Shown in pieces: positions 7,411 to 16,997 of a stretch of DNA of 36,003 nt (its first letter is position 1; the number at the start of each line of letters is the position of its first letter). The stretch lies in assembly GCA_033722655.1 (NCBI GenBank), contig JAWVYP010000001.1, positions 1-36,003 of the forward strand, written 5' to 3'. The DNA comes from Akkermansiaceae bacterium. Its GTDB lineage: Bacteria > Verrucomicrobiota > Verrucomicrobiia > Verrucomicrobiales > Akkermansiaceae. Both the position numbers and the translations under genes were made by a program. Under the pieces are notes generated by a model that made no database searches, was not told the DNA's origin, and saw only the letters and a program-made list of their open reading frames with translations.

Positions 7411-8651
7411 CGGAAGACGTGAGCATCTCCATCGATCGATTGAAGGAGGACTTGCGGGAACTCTCCGAAATCGGACGCAGCGAGGACGGGGGAGTTTACC
7501 GCATGGCCTTCACCAAGGCAGACATGGAGGGCAAGGACTGGCTGGAAAGGAAAATGCAGGATGCTGGACTCGCAACCCGACGAGACGGCGCCTGCAATGT
7601 CATCGGCCGCATCGAGGGCAAGGATCCCGATGCTCCGGCTCTCGTCATCGGATCCCACATCGACACCGTGCCCTGCGCCGGCATCTTGGACGGAACCCTC
7701 GGTGTGCTGACCGGGCTGGAATGCCTTCGCTCGCTCATCGAAACCGGCGCCAATCCTGCCTGTCCGGTCGAGTTGATCGCCTTTTCCGATGAAGAAGGCC
7801 GCTTTGGCGGCATGTTCGGCTCCCAAGCCTATGCCGGCATGATTACCCCGGAAACCATCCACCAAGCCAGCGACCTCGATGGCGTGAAACTGGCCGATGC
7901 CATGGAGGAACATGGGCTCGATCCCTGGAAGGCCCTGGAAGCGCAACAAAACCCCGAGGCCGTCAGTCAATACCTCGAGCTGCACATCGAGCAGGGCCCC
8001 GTGCTCTCGGAATCCCAGGAACAGGTCGGCATTGTCGAAGCCATCACCGGCCTCTTCAAGTGGTCGGTCATCCTCAACGGCGAGCCCAATCACGCCGGTA
8101 CAACGCCCATGCCCATGCGCAAGGACGCCTTCATGGGGGTCGCCGACTTTGCCCACGAATTGCCGCGCATCATCGACGAGAACGGCTCTGACGTGTCCCG
8201 CGCCACCATCGGCCGGGTCGAATTGCTTCCGGGCTCACCCAATACCGTGCCGGGCGACGCCAAGTTCTCCATCGATGTCCGCGACACCGACGAGGAAATC
8301 CTGCGCGAACTCGAGACCGCCATCCGCAAGGCCTTGGGAGCCATCGCCCGCCGTCGCCAACTGGCCTTCACCTACGAGTTGGAAAGCTGGATCAAGCCGG
8401 TGCTCTGCCATCCGCCACTGGTGAATGAACTGGAGAAGGCCGCAAAGGGCGCCGATGTCCGCTACCGGCGCATGCCCTCCGGAGCCGCCCACGATGCCCA
8501 GATCATGGCCAATGTCTGCCCGGTGGCCATGGTTTTCGTACCTTCCAAGGACGGTCGCTCCCATTCTCCCGCGGAGTGGACTGCCATGGATGACATCGAG
8601 GCAGGGGCTGTGGTGTTCCAGCGCGCCATCAAGTCACTTGCATTCAACTGA
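7401..8651 (+). CDS. Zn-dependent N-carbamoyl-L-amino-acid amidohydrolase (M20 hydantoinase/carbamoylase family, AmaB/AllC-like)
   Basis: GSHIDTVP, DEEGRFG, YLELHIEQGP, HAGTTPM, SGAAHDA, SHSPAE. Confidence 0.9.
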   Translation: MQTTEDVSISIDRLKEDLRELSEIGRSEDGGVYRMAFTKADMEGKDWLERKMQDAGLATRRDGACNVIGRIEGKDPDAPALVIGSHIDTVPCAGILDGTLGVLTGLECLRSLIETGANPACPVELIAFSDEEGRFGGMFGSQAYAGMITPETIHQASDLDGVKLADAMEEHGLDPWKALEAQQNPEAVSQYLELHIEQGPVLSESQEQVGIVEAITGLFKWSVILNGEPNHAGTTPMPMRKDAFMGVADFAHELPRIIDENGSDVSRATIGRVELLPGSPNTVPGDAKFSIDVRDTDEEILRELETAIRKALGAIARRRQLAFTYELESWIKPVLCHPPLVNELEKAAKGADVRYRRMPSGAAHDAQIMANVCPVAMVFVPSKDGRSHSPAEWTAMDDIEAGAVVFQRAIKSLAFN

Positions 8652-8661
8652 ATTCCCCTTC

Positions 8662-9441
8662 ATGACCCCCCCAGTGAGCAATACCAAGCCAGCCAGCCCG
8701 GGAAAACCCACCAGCAAGGATCCCCTGCGTGAGAATTATCGCGAGGCCTTCGTCACCAACCCGCGGCGCAAGGAGCATCTCGCCGAGGGCAAGATCGCAC
8801 TCATGTGCATTGACGTCCAATACCTCGATGCCGCCGATGGCTGGGGGCTTTTCAGTGATCCGGAAAAGAGTGGAGTTACCGAGGAGGGACGCCGCTACTA
8901 CTTCAACCGCCTCAAGCAAACCGTGCTGCCCGGCATGCGCAAGCTGCAGGACGCTTTCCGCGAAAACATGCTCGAGGTCATCCACTGCCGCATCTGTGCG
9001 TTGACCAAGGATGGCCGCGACCGCAGTCCTGGCCACCGTCGTCTCAACCTGTTGGCCGCCCCCGACAGCAAGGAGGCCGAATTCCTTGAGGAAGTGGCAC
9101 CCAAGGGCGACGAAATTGTCATCAACAAGACTGCCAGCGGGGTGTTCTCAAGCACCAACATCCACTACGTGCTCAGCAATATGGGCATCCGCTCGCTCTA
9201 TCTCTGCGGTGTCTACACCAATGAGTGCGTCGAGACCACCGCACGCGATGCCTGCGATCTGGGCTACTTCGTCACCGTGATCGACAATGCCTGCGCCACG
9301 GTGACCCAACAGCTTCACGACGCTTCCTTGGCGACACTGCGCGACCGCTATGCACGCATCTGCACGGTGGAAGAGACCCTGTCCGAACTGGAAACCCTCA
9401 GCGTCTGCTCGACGACGGGCATCATCACAGTGATGGATTGA
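8662..9441 (+). CDS. Isochorismatase-family cysteine hydrolase (amidase)
   Basis: Catalytic triad D (IDVQ), K (INKT), C (TNECVETTARDA.DLGY); ATG 8662 is 10 nt after the upstream stop. Confidence 0.88.
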   Translation: MTPPVSNTKPASPGKPTSKDPLRENYREAFVTNPRRKEHLAEGKIALMCIDVQYLDAADGWGLFSDPEKSGVTEEGRRYYFNRLKQTVLPGMRKLQDAFRENMLEVIHCRICALTKDGRDRSPGHRRLNLLAAPDSKEAEFLEEVAPKGDEIVINKTASGVFSSTNIHYVLSNMGIRSLYLCGVYTNECVETTARDACDLGYFVTVIDNACATVTQQLHDASLATLRDRYARICTVEETLSELETLSVCSTTGIITVMD

Positions 9442-9456
9442 AAGCCTGACGGCTTA

Positions 9457-9477
9457 TCATTGGTCATTGGTCATTGG
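9457..9477. repeat. Exact (TCATTGG)x3 heptamer repeat forming the 3' end of rnhA
   Basis: TCATTGG TCATTGG TCATTGG; encodes MTNDQ* on the minus strand. Confidence 0.8.
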
Positions 9478-9933
9478 AAAACCTTCGTCTTCGAGAAGAC
9501 CGCTACCTGCTACAGCCTCGTTGGCCAATTCGTCGCAGCGTTCGTTTTCCTGGTTGCCGGCATGGCCCTTGACCCATTTCCAGGTGATCTTGTGGGCTTG
9601 CATGGCTCGGATGAGACGCTGCCATAGGTCCTGGTTTTTGACCGGCTCCTTCTTGGAATTGATCCAGCCGCGCTTCTGCCAGCCCAGGATCCAGCGATCG
9701 TTGATGGCCTGGACGAGATATTTGGAGTCGGAATGCAGCTCCACCTTGCAGGGGGATTGCAGGAGTTCGAGCGCGGTGATGGCCGCGAGAAGCTCCATGC
9801 GGTTGTTGGTGGTGAGGCGGTATCCCGCGGAAATCTCCTTGCGGTGTTTGCCGGAGAGCAGAACCGCGCCGAAGCCACCCGGGCCCGGATTGCCCTTGCA
9901 GGCTCCGTCCGTGTAGATGGTGACTTGGCTCAT
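9457..9933 (-). CDS. rnhA: Ribonuclease HI
   Basis: [49 protein letters not shown]. Confidence 0.96.
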   Translation of the reverse strand: MSQVTIYTDGACKGNPGPGGFGAVLLSGKHRKEISAGYRLTTNNRMELLAAITALELLQSPCKVELHSDSKYLVQAINDRWILGWQKRGWINSKKEPVKNQDLWQRLIRAMQAHKITWKWVKGHAGNQENERCDELANEAVAGSGLLEDEGFPMTNDQ

Positions 9934-10361
9934 GACTGGTGAAAGGGCGACGCCGCTTTGGACTTGGCTCGCGCGTAGAGAGGTGCGGACAGGACCACGC
10001 TGGCAATGGACAACCAGAACAGCAGCCCCCTGAGCTGGACGAGTTCATCGTTCAGGACGAACAGGGCAATGAAGCCACAGCCTTCGCACAGGGCCAAACC
10101 GGCGATCATGAATGGCAGCTTGGTTTGAAGGGTCTTGCAGCTTGGCACCACCACGAAGCGCATGATCAAGCCCAACAGGACTGCAGCAATTCCAATCAGG
10201 GCCAGGGGCGGAAACTGCATTGGGCCTGCCAGCTTCTCCACGGTCTTGAGCTCTGGAGCCATCACCAGCGCAATCACAAACAGCCCTGATAGAATGAAAA
10301 ACCAGATAATCCACATGGTCATGACCAACTGACTTTCAGGCACCGTCTTGTCTCGGTTCAT
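9930..10361 (-). CDS. Hypothetical 4-TM membrane protein
   Basis: Four hydrophobic segments; stop overlaps the rnhA start (ATGA); ATG 10361 chosen to avoid overlap with gltB. Confidence 0.7.
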   Translation of the reverse strand: MNRDKTVPESQLVMTMWIIWFFILSGLFVIALVMAPELKTVEKLAGPMQFPPLALIGIAAVLLGLIMRFVVVPSCKTLQTKLPFMIAGLALCEGCGFIALFVLNDELVQLRGLLFWLSIASVVLSAPLYARAKSKAASPFHQS

Positions 10362-10413
10362 ATCGGTAGGTTTGAAGTGGATATTGGGAAAGCGAGCTTG
10401 CATGCCCTTGAAA

Positions 10414-13400
10414 TCAGGCCGGTTTGGGCGTGCTGGCAGCCTCGTGGATTTCCTCGGCGGCTTCCAGTTCGGCGTGTGTCTTGGCAATGACGCGCACCAT
10501 CTTGCGCGCGGTGTCTTCCCAGTTTTCGAGCAGGGTCTTGGCTTGCGCACTGTCGGTCTCGGCAGCGTGACGCTCGATCAGCGCCTTCATGGTCTCGACG
10601 TCTTGGCTGCGCTTGACGGGAAGGGCGACGACCATCTCGGAGTTGACGCGCGAGTAGAACTTGCCGTCGACGTCATAGACGTAGGCGGTGCCGCCGGACA
10701 TGCCGGCACCGAAATTGCGGCCGGTCTTGCCGAGGATGACGATGGTGCCATTGGTCATGTATTCGCAGCCGTGATCACCGACTCCCTCCACGACAGCCGT
10801 GGAGCCGGAGTTGCGGACCGCGAAGCGCTCGCCGGCGCGGCCGTTGGCGAAGAGGAAACCACCCGTTGCTCCGTAGAGGCAGGTATTGCCGCAGATGGTG
10901 TTGGTGGCCGCCTCGAAACCGGCATTGTTGGGCACCTTGAGAATGATCTCGCCTCCAGCCATGCCCTTGCCGACATAGTCATTGGCTTCGCCGGTGAGGG
11001 TCAGGCGCACCCCTTGGACCAGGAAACAGCCCAAGGATTGGCCAGCCGTGCCGGTCAAGTTGAGATGGATGGTGGGTTGGTGGAGACCGTGATTGCCATG
11101 GATTTCAGCGATGCGTCCAGACAGGCGGGTGCCGATGTTGCGGTCCGTGTTGACGACTTCGTAATCGAGGGTTACCGCCGGACGATCGGGCATCAGGCGG
11201 ATGGCTTCGTGCATTTGTTCGGTCACGGAACCTTCGCCGTAGTGGACCTCGGGAATCTCGCCTTCGTCGAGCATGGCCTTCTGCAGGTCGGCGAGGATTT
11301 GCAGGTCGAGCGCCTGCTTGGCAATGCCATCATTGCGTTCCTGCATGTGGATGCGCGAAATCTGCTCGGGAGCGATGCCGAGCTGGGTGGAGAGGTCTGG
11401 CGCCACGTCCTTGAGCACCGGTCCGAGATCCAGGGTATTGGCCTTGGGATGATCGGGCACCTTGCGCTGGCGCAGGAACTCGGGGCGACCGATGAGCTCG
11501 TCGAGCGTGCGCGCTCCGAGCGCCGCCATGTGTCGACGGGCCTCTTCGGCCACCGCAGTGAAGTAGTTGATCACCATTTCCGGTGTGCCCTTGAACTTGG
11601 CGCGGAATTTGGGATCGGTCGTGGCAACACCCACCGGGCAGGTATTGAGGTGGCATTTGCGGACGTAGACGCAACCCATGGCAATCATGGCCGTGGTGCC
11701 GAAGTTGAATTGCTCGGCACCCAGGATGGCGGCAACGACCACATCGCGACCGTTGCGGATGCCGCCGTCGGTGCGCAGGATCACACGGTCGCGAAGGTTG
11801 TTGATCATCAGGGTCTGCTGGACCTCGGAAAGGCCAAGCTCCCAGGGACTGCCCGCGTGTGTGGTGGAGGAAAGCGGGGAGGCACCGGTGCCACCGTCGT
11901 GACCGGAGATCAGGATGTTGTCGGCGGAGGCCTTGGCGACGCCAGCCGCGACGGTGCCCACACCGGTTTCGGCCACCAGCTTCACAGTCACCCGGGCCCG
12001 GGGATTGACTTCCTTGAGGTCGTGGATGAGTTGGGCGAGATCCTCGATGGAGTAGATGTCGTGGTGGGGCGGGGGAGAAATCAGCTGCACGCCGGGCTGG
12101 GTGTTGCGCAGGCGCGCAATCAGCGGATTGACCTTGTGGCCGGGAAGCTGTCCACCCTCACCGGGCTTCGCGCCTTGGGCCATCTTGATTTCGAGCTCGG
12201 AGGCATTGACCAGGTAGTGTGCGGAAACGCCGAAGCGGCCCGAGGCGATCTGCTTGATGTAGGAGCGGGCAAAGTCGCCGTTGGGGTAGGGGGCGTAGCG
12301 CTTGGCGTCTTCACCTCCTTCGCCGGAGTCGGATTTGCCGCCAATGCGGTTCATCGCAATGGCAAGGGTCTCGTGGGCCTCGGGTGAGAGCGCACCCAGG
12401 GACATGGCCGCCGTGGTGAAGCGCATGCGGATGTTCTCCATCGCTTCGACCTCCTCGAGCGGCACGGGGCCGTTGGGAGAGGGGGCGAACTCGACCAGAT
12501 CCTTGATCGCCACCGGATGGGTCTCGAGCGAGACGCGGACATACTCCTCGTAGTCCTCGGGCTTGCCTGACTTCACGTAGGTGTGGAAGTTTTTAATGAC
12601 CTCGGTGGTGTAGACGTGGCGCTCGCCGGTCTTGCGGTAGCGATTGTAGCCGGGATCTCCCAGATCGAGGGTCTCGCCCTCGGCCACCTCGGGTTCGTAG
12701 GCAGCGCGGTGGCGGATGATGGATTCGTCGGCAATCTCGGTGAAGCCGATGCCGCCGATGCGCGACTGCACCCCGGTAAAGGAGAAGTCGACGACTTCCT
12801 TGCCGATGCCGATGGCCTCGAAAATCTGTGCGCCCTGATAGGAGTTGAGCACCGAGATGCCCATCTTGGACATGATCTTGAGCAGGCCCTTCTCCAAGGC
12901 TTTGCGGTAGTTTTCCATGGCCTTGCGCGGGCTGAGCTCATGACTCTCGGCGAGTTGACGCACGGTGGCATAGCCGAGGTAGGGGCAGACGGCGGTCGCC
13001 CCGAAGCCGAAGCAGGTGGCAATCTGGTGGACGTCGCGGACTTCCCCGGTTTCGACCACGATCGAGGCGCGCATGCGGCGGCGAATGCGGTTGAGATGGT
13101 GATGAACCGTGCCGATGGCCAGCAGGGCGGGAACGGGAATGCGTTCGGCGGAGGTGGCGCGGTCGCTGAGCACGAGGATGCTGTAGCCCTTTTCCACCGC
13201 CTGTTCGGCCTCCTGACAAAGTTGGTCGAGGCGCTCCTTCAGTCCCTTTGCTCCAGCCTCAGCAGGCCAGGTGATGTCGAGGATGGTGGAATCGAAGCCG
13301 TGCTCCTCGAGGTGTTGCAGGCGCTCCAGTTCGTGTTCGTAGAGGATGGCGCTCTTGAGGGCGACCGTGTGGCAGTGGTCGGGCGTCTCATCGAGCAGGT

Positions 13401-15063
13401 TGCGCTCGGGGCCGATACCGGCAGCCAAGGACATGACCGCCCACTCGCGGATGGGGTCGATGGGCGGGTTGGTGACCTGGGCGAAGAGCTGCTTGAAGTA
13501 GGTGAAGAGCAGGCGCGGATAGCTGGAGAGAACCGCGAGCGGGATGTCGTCACCCATGGAAAACACGGCTTCCTGCGCACCCTTGAGCATGGGCGGAAAG
13601 ACCATGTCGAGTTCCTCCTTGGAAATGCCATTGGCGACCTGGCGACGCGACAGGTCGAGGGCCTCGAAGTCGACATCGGGCTCGTGGGCATCGGGAGAAA
13701 CGAATTCGCGCAACTGCAGCTGTTTCTCGTCCAGCCAGCGACCGTAGGGTTTCTGGCGGGCGAGCTCCTCCTTGATCTCGCGATCGTATTTGAATTCGCC
13801 GGTGGCCGTATTGGCCGAAATCATCTGGCCGGGACCGAGGCGTCCCTTGCGAATGACGCGCGCATCATCGATGATCACGGCACCGGCTTCCGAACCGATG
13901 TAGAGCAGGCCGTCGGAGGTCAACTTGTAGCGTGAGGGCCGCAGACCGTTGCGATCCAGGGAAGCGCATAGCTTGGTGCCATCGGTGAAGACCAGGCCGG
14001 CGGGACCATCCCAGGGCTCGGAGAAGGAGCGGATGAACTGGTAGAAGGCGCGCACTTCCTCCGAAATGCTCTCGTCGTTGCGGTAGGCCGGGGGAATGAG
14101 CATGCACATGGCGTGCTCGAGCGAGCGACCGGAGAGCACCAGAAGTTCGAGTGCGTGGTCGAGCGAGGCCGAGTCCGACTCGCCCTCGCGCATCAGATCG
14201 CGAACCAGGTCGATATCCTCGCCCCAGACGGGAGACTCAAAGAACTCCTCGCGGGAAGTCATCCAGTTGCGATTGCCTTCCACGGTGTTGATCTCGCCAT
14301 TGTGGCACATCATGCGGAAGGGTTGACCCAGCGGCCAGGCGGGGAAGGTGTTGGTGGAGAAGCGCTGGTGGTAGAGCGCGATGGCCACCTGGTAGTCGGG
14401 GCTCTGGAAATCGAGATAGAATCGGCGCAGGGCGTCGGGCATGGCCAGTGCCTTGTAGGAAATCAGACGCGCGGAGAAGGTGGGGAGGTAGATTCCGGGG
14501 ATGTTGGCCGTCTCGCGCTCGATTTCGCGGCGGCAGAGGTAGAGCTGGCGCTCAAAATCGTCGCCGGATAGACCCTCGGGCTTTTTCATTAGCAGATGGA
14601 GAATGTCGGGGCGACTCTTGCGCGCGATGTCGCCGAGGGCGTCGATGTCGACGGGCACTTCGCGCCAGCCAATCTTGGGGATGGAGCGCTTGGAGATGAT
14701 GTTCTCAGCGATCGTTTGAACCTCCTGCTGGATGGTCTCGTTGTTTTGCGGAACAAAGAAAACACCCACAGCTATATCTCCTTCTTCGTCAATGGCTTCT
14801 CCTAATTTTTCCGCTTCTTTTTGAAACAGGGGAAAGGGCAGCTGGGTGAGCACTCCAGCACCGTCACCGGTCTTCATGTCGGCGTCGACGGCACCTCGAT
14901 GGGTCATGCAGCAGACCGACTCCAGGGCGAGATCGAGAATCTCCCGGCGGCGCTTGCCGTTGATGTCCGCGATGGCGCCCATGCCGCAGTTGTCGTGCTC
15001 GTGACGCAGATCGTGAAGGGAGCCGGGAACGCGCGGTGTCAGCGGGTGGTAGGGAGAATTCAT
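10414..15063 (-). CDS. gltB: Glutamate synthase large subunit
   Basis: HDNCGMG catalytic Cys, HQRFSTNTFP, EPWDGPA, DRNGLRP, FAQVTNPPIDP, AQGAKPGEGGQLPG.KV, [3Fe-4S] motif CVYVRKCHLNTC, C-terminal GXGXG beta-helix. Confidence 0.97.
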   Translation of the reverse strand: MNSPYHPLTPRVPGSLHDLRHEHDNCGMGAIADINGKRRREILDLALESVCCMTHRGAVDADMKTGDGAGVLTQLPFPLFQKEAEKLGEAIDEEGDIAVGVFFVPQNNETIQQEVQTIAENIISKRSIPKIGWREVPVDIDALGDIARKSRPDILHLLMKKPEGLSGDDFERQLYLCRREIERETANIPGIYLPTFSARLISYKALAMPDALRRFYLDFQSPDYQVAIALYHQRFSTNTFPAWPLGQPFRMMCHNGEINTVEGNRNWMTSREEFFESPVWGEDIDLVRDLMREGESDSASLDHALELLVLSGRSLEHAMCMLIPPAYRNDESISEEVRAFYQFIRSFSEPWDGPAGLVFTDGTKLCASLDRNGLRPSRYKLTSDGLLYIGSEAGAVIIDDARVIRKGRLGPGQMISANTATGEFKYDREIKEELARQKPYGRWLDEKQLQLREFVSPDAHEPDVDFEALDLSRRQVANGISKEELDMVFPPMLKGAQEAVFSMGDDIPLAVLSSYPRLLFTYFKQLFAQVTNPPIDPIREWAVMSLAAGIGPERNLLDETPDHCHTVALKSAILYEHELERLQHLEEHGFDSTILDITWPAEAGAKGLKERLDQLCQEAEQAVEKGYSILVLSDRATSAERIPVPALLAIGTVHHHLNRIRRRMRASIVVETGEVRDVHQIATCFGFGATAVCPYLGYATVRQLAESHELSPRKAMENYRKALEKGLLKIMSKMGISVLNSYQGAQIFEAIGIGKEVVDFSFTGVQSRIGGIGFTEIADESIIRHRAAYEPEVAEGETLDLGDPGYNRYRKTGERHVYTTEVIKNFHTYVKSGKPEDYEEYVRVSLETHPVAIKDLVEFAPSPNGPVPLEEVEAMENIRMRFTTAAMSLGALSPEAHETLAIAMNRIGGKSDSGEGGEDAKRYAPYPNGDFARSYIKQIASGRFGVSAHYLVNASELEIKMAQGAKPGEGGQLPGHKVNPLIARLRNTQPGVQLISPPPHHDIYSIEDLAQLIHDLKEVNPRARVTVKLVAETGVGTVAAGVAKASADNILISGHDGGTGASPLSSTTHAGSPWELGLSEVQQTLMINNLRDRVILRTDGGIRNGRDVVVAAILGAEQFNFGTTAMIAMGCVYVRKCHLNTCPVGVATTDPKFRAKFKGTPEMVINYFTAVAEEARRHMAALGARTLDELIGRPEFLRQRKVPDHPKANTLDLGPVLKDVAPDLSTQLGIAPEQISRIHMQERNDGIAKQALDLQILADLQKAMLDEGEIPEVHYGEGSVTEQMHEAIRLMPDRPAVTLDYEVVNTDRNIGTRLSGRIAEIHGNHGLHQPTIHLNLTGTAGQSLGCFLVQGVRLTLTGEANDYVGKGMAGGEIILKVPNNAGFEAATNTICGNTCLYGATGGFLFANGRAGERFAVRNSGSTAVVEGVGDHGCEYMTNGTIVILGKTGRNFGAGMSGGTAYVYDVDGKFYSRVNSEMVVALPVKRSQDVETMKALIERHAAETDSAQAKTLLENWEDTARKMVRVIAKTHAELEAAEEIHEAASTPKPA

Positions 15064-15147
15064 GATGGTCGAAATGGGCAGGTGTGGATTGGAAAATCAG
15101 CAATGGGGGGGATAGAGGGCAGAAAAGGCGGAAAGGCCTCATGCGCC

Positions 15148-15165
15148 AAGCAGGAAATGTGCCCG
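15148..15165 (-). promoter_or_regulatory. Sigma54-type promoter motif upstream of gltB
   Basis: Minus strand CGGGCACATTTCCTGCTT (GG-N10-GC with GGCAC and TGCT), about 85 nt before the start. Confidence 0.55.
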
Positions 15166-15170
15166 TACAA

Positions 15171-16025
15171 TTAGTGGAAATCCAGGTCTGGATCCTCTTG
15201 CAACAGGCCGATGTCAACCAGGAAGCGGTCCGCCGCGCCAATGGTGGCCTCAAAGCGGTCGTGACTGACATTGAAGTTGAAAAAACTGTGGTCTGCGCGT
15301 TCGAAATCGATCAAGTCGAAACGATTGCGCCAGAAGCGCAACTTGCGCCGGAATTTTTCCACATCGGCAAAGGGGGTGATGCGGTCGGATTTGCCGTGGA
15401 AGGCAATCATGGGCGGCAGTTTGCGCCGAACCCGGCGCAGTGGACTCAGGCTTCTCGCCTGCTTGTAATCGCGGAAGCGGCCAAGGGCCTTGGGCACGCT
15501 CAGCGGGTTGACCAGGGAGCTGAAGAGGATGAGGGCCTGGGCGCGACAATCCGTGGAGTTGGGGATGTCGAGCTTCTTGTCCTTGGGCAGGGTGGTCAAC
15601 AGCGCCAGCAGTGCGCCTCCGGCCGCGCCTCCAGCCACCACACGGCTGGGATCGACCCCGAGATCCCCGGCGTTGTCGCGCACCCAGCGGATCAGGTCGC
15701 GCGCGTCGTCAATGGCTTCCCGGGCACCCGTGCCGTGAACTTTCTCGCTGCGGGTCTCCGCTGTGATGGTCACCGCGCCACGACTGGCAAAATGCAGGCA
15801 GTGGGGGACGAACTGGGTCGGGGTGGGAGTGTCCCAGAAGCCGCCATGAAAGAAGACCACGGCAGGCCGCGGTTCGGCGCTTTCGCGTCCCTCCTCGGGA
15901 AAATAGACATGAGCCTGAACCGCTCCTTCGGGCCGCTCCGCGTAGGCATAGGTGGCCGCATCCTTCAGGATCTCCCGATCCCGCTCCTCGCCGATGGGGG
16001 CTACTCGTTTCAACACATCGCTCAT
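15171..16025 (-). CDS. Alpha/beta hydrolase fold protein (BD-FAE/HSL-like) with Ala in place of the nucleophile Ser
   Basis: VFFHGGFW, LGVDPSRVVAGGAAGG, FHGKSDRITP, ADHSFFN; start probably ATG 16025. Confidence 0.8.
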   Translation of the reverse strand: MSDVLKRVAPIGEERDREILKDAATYAYAERPEGAVQAHVYFPEEGRESAEPRPAVVFFHGGFWDTPTPTQFVPHCLHFASRGAVTITAETRSEKVHGTGAREAIDDARDLIRWVRDNAGDLGVDPSRVVAGGAAGGALLALLTTLPKDKKLDIPNSTDCRAQALILFSSLVNPLSVPKALGRFRDYKQARSLSPLRRVRRKLPPMIAFHGKSDRITPFADVEKFRRKLRFWRNRFDLIDFERADHSFFNFNVSHDRFEATIGAADRFLVDIGLLQEDPDLDFH

Positions 16026-16109
16026 GATCAGACAAAATGTGCCATTCCGGAGCAATGGCACTTCATTTGTTTGTTGTGAAATGGGCCTTCTTGTCGAATG
16101 GTTTTAGAC

Positions 16110-16997
16110 ATGATCCGCATATTTTCTCTGATTTTGATTCTCGGCTGCGGCCTCTCCATGGCTCAGGAAGCTCAGGAAGATGAGTTGCGCAAGGACCTCG
16201 AGCGCACCTACGAATTCTGGAGGAAGAGCATCCTTGAGCGCAATGACCTGAACTGGCGCAAGGCAACTGCCGCGCACCGCCAAGTCGCCGTGAAGAACCT
16301 GATCCTCTCGGAAAAGCGCAAATACCCGGCTTCCATCTTCGATCTGCCCGCTCCACCTCCGCCCCTCAACGGACTCACGCATCTGGCAACGCTGCGCAAG
16401 GGACCGACTGCGAAGTCCTACTACTATGGCAAAATCGACTTTGGTCTCGGCGGGGAGCCGGACAATCTGATGGTGCTATCCTATGTGGGTGCCGCCGGCA
16501 CCTGGAAATTCGACCAGGTGGAATACATCAATCTGGCAGCCCTGCCGGAAATCCGGGATCAACTCATGGCAGGGGACATCCAATACATCAAGAACACCCC
16601 CGAACTGCTGCCATCCGGCGAAGTTCCGCCTGTCCCGGTGGAGATCAAGGAGCCTGCATTCATCGCCAAGGTGTATGCCTATTGTCCGACCCGGGAAGTG
16701 AAAGTGCAGGTCAACCAGACCAGCCGACACACATTCACCAGCACCAAGGCCGCGGAATTGGTCATTGGCGGCGTCAATGACGGACGCAATGAGATCCAAT
16801 ACACCATCACGCCACTGGAAGACGAGGACCCCCTGGATCCTCTGACCATCCGCGTCTACCTGTTTTCTCAGGTGCAAGGGGTCAAACCGGTCAAGATCTT
16901 CGAGCATCTGGTTCCCAAGGGCGAGAAACCTCAAGCCTTCGGCAAGGGGGAATTTGTCGTCACCAAGGAAATTCGCGACAAGCTGCTGGGGCGCTGA
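16110..16997 (+). CDS. Hypothetical exported protein
   Basis: Long ORF with host-like codon usage; signal peptide MIRIFSLILILGCGLSMA; no recognised family. Confidence 0.75.
   Translation: MIRIFSLILILGCGLSMAQEAQEDELRKDLERTYEFWRKSILERNDLNWRKATAAHRQVAVKNLILSEKRKYPASIFDLPAPPPPLNGLTHLATLRKGPTAKSYYYGKIDFGLGGEPDNLMVLSYVGAAGTWKFDQVEYINLAALPEIRDQLMAGDIQYIKNTPELLPSGEVPPVPVEIKEPAFIAKVYAYCPTREVKVQVNQTSRHTFTSTKAAELVIGGVNDGRNEIQYTITPLEDEDPLDPLTIRVYLFSQVQGVKPVKIFEHLVPKGEKPQAFGKGEFVVTKEIRDKLLGR

Noticed and set aside
9442-9455. AAGCC-TGAC-GGCTT hairpin as a terminator between convergent genes
   Set aside because: Only a 5-bp stem with no clear U tract; too weak to call.
10348-13935. Long plus-strand ORFs (679 aa and 450 aa) opposite gltB
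   Set aside because: Antisense shadows caused by high-GC codon bias; no recognisable motifs; gltB explains the region.
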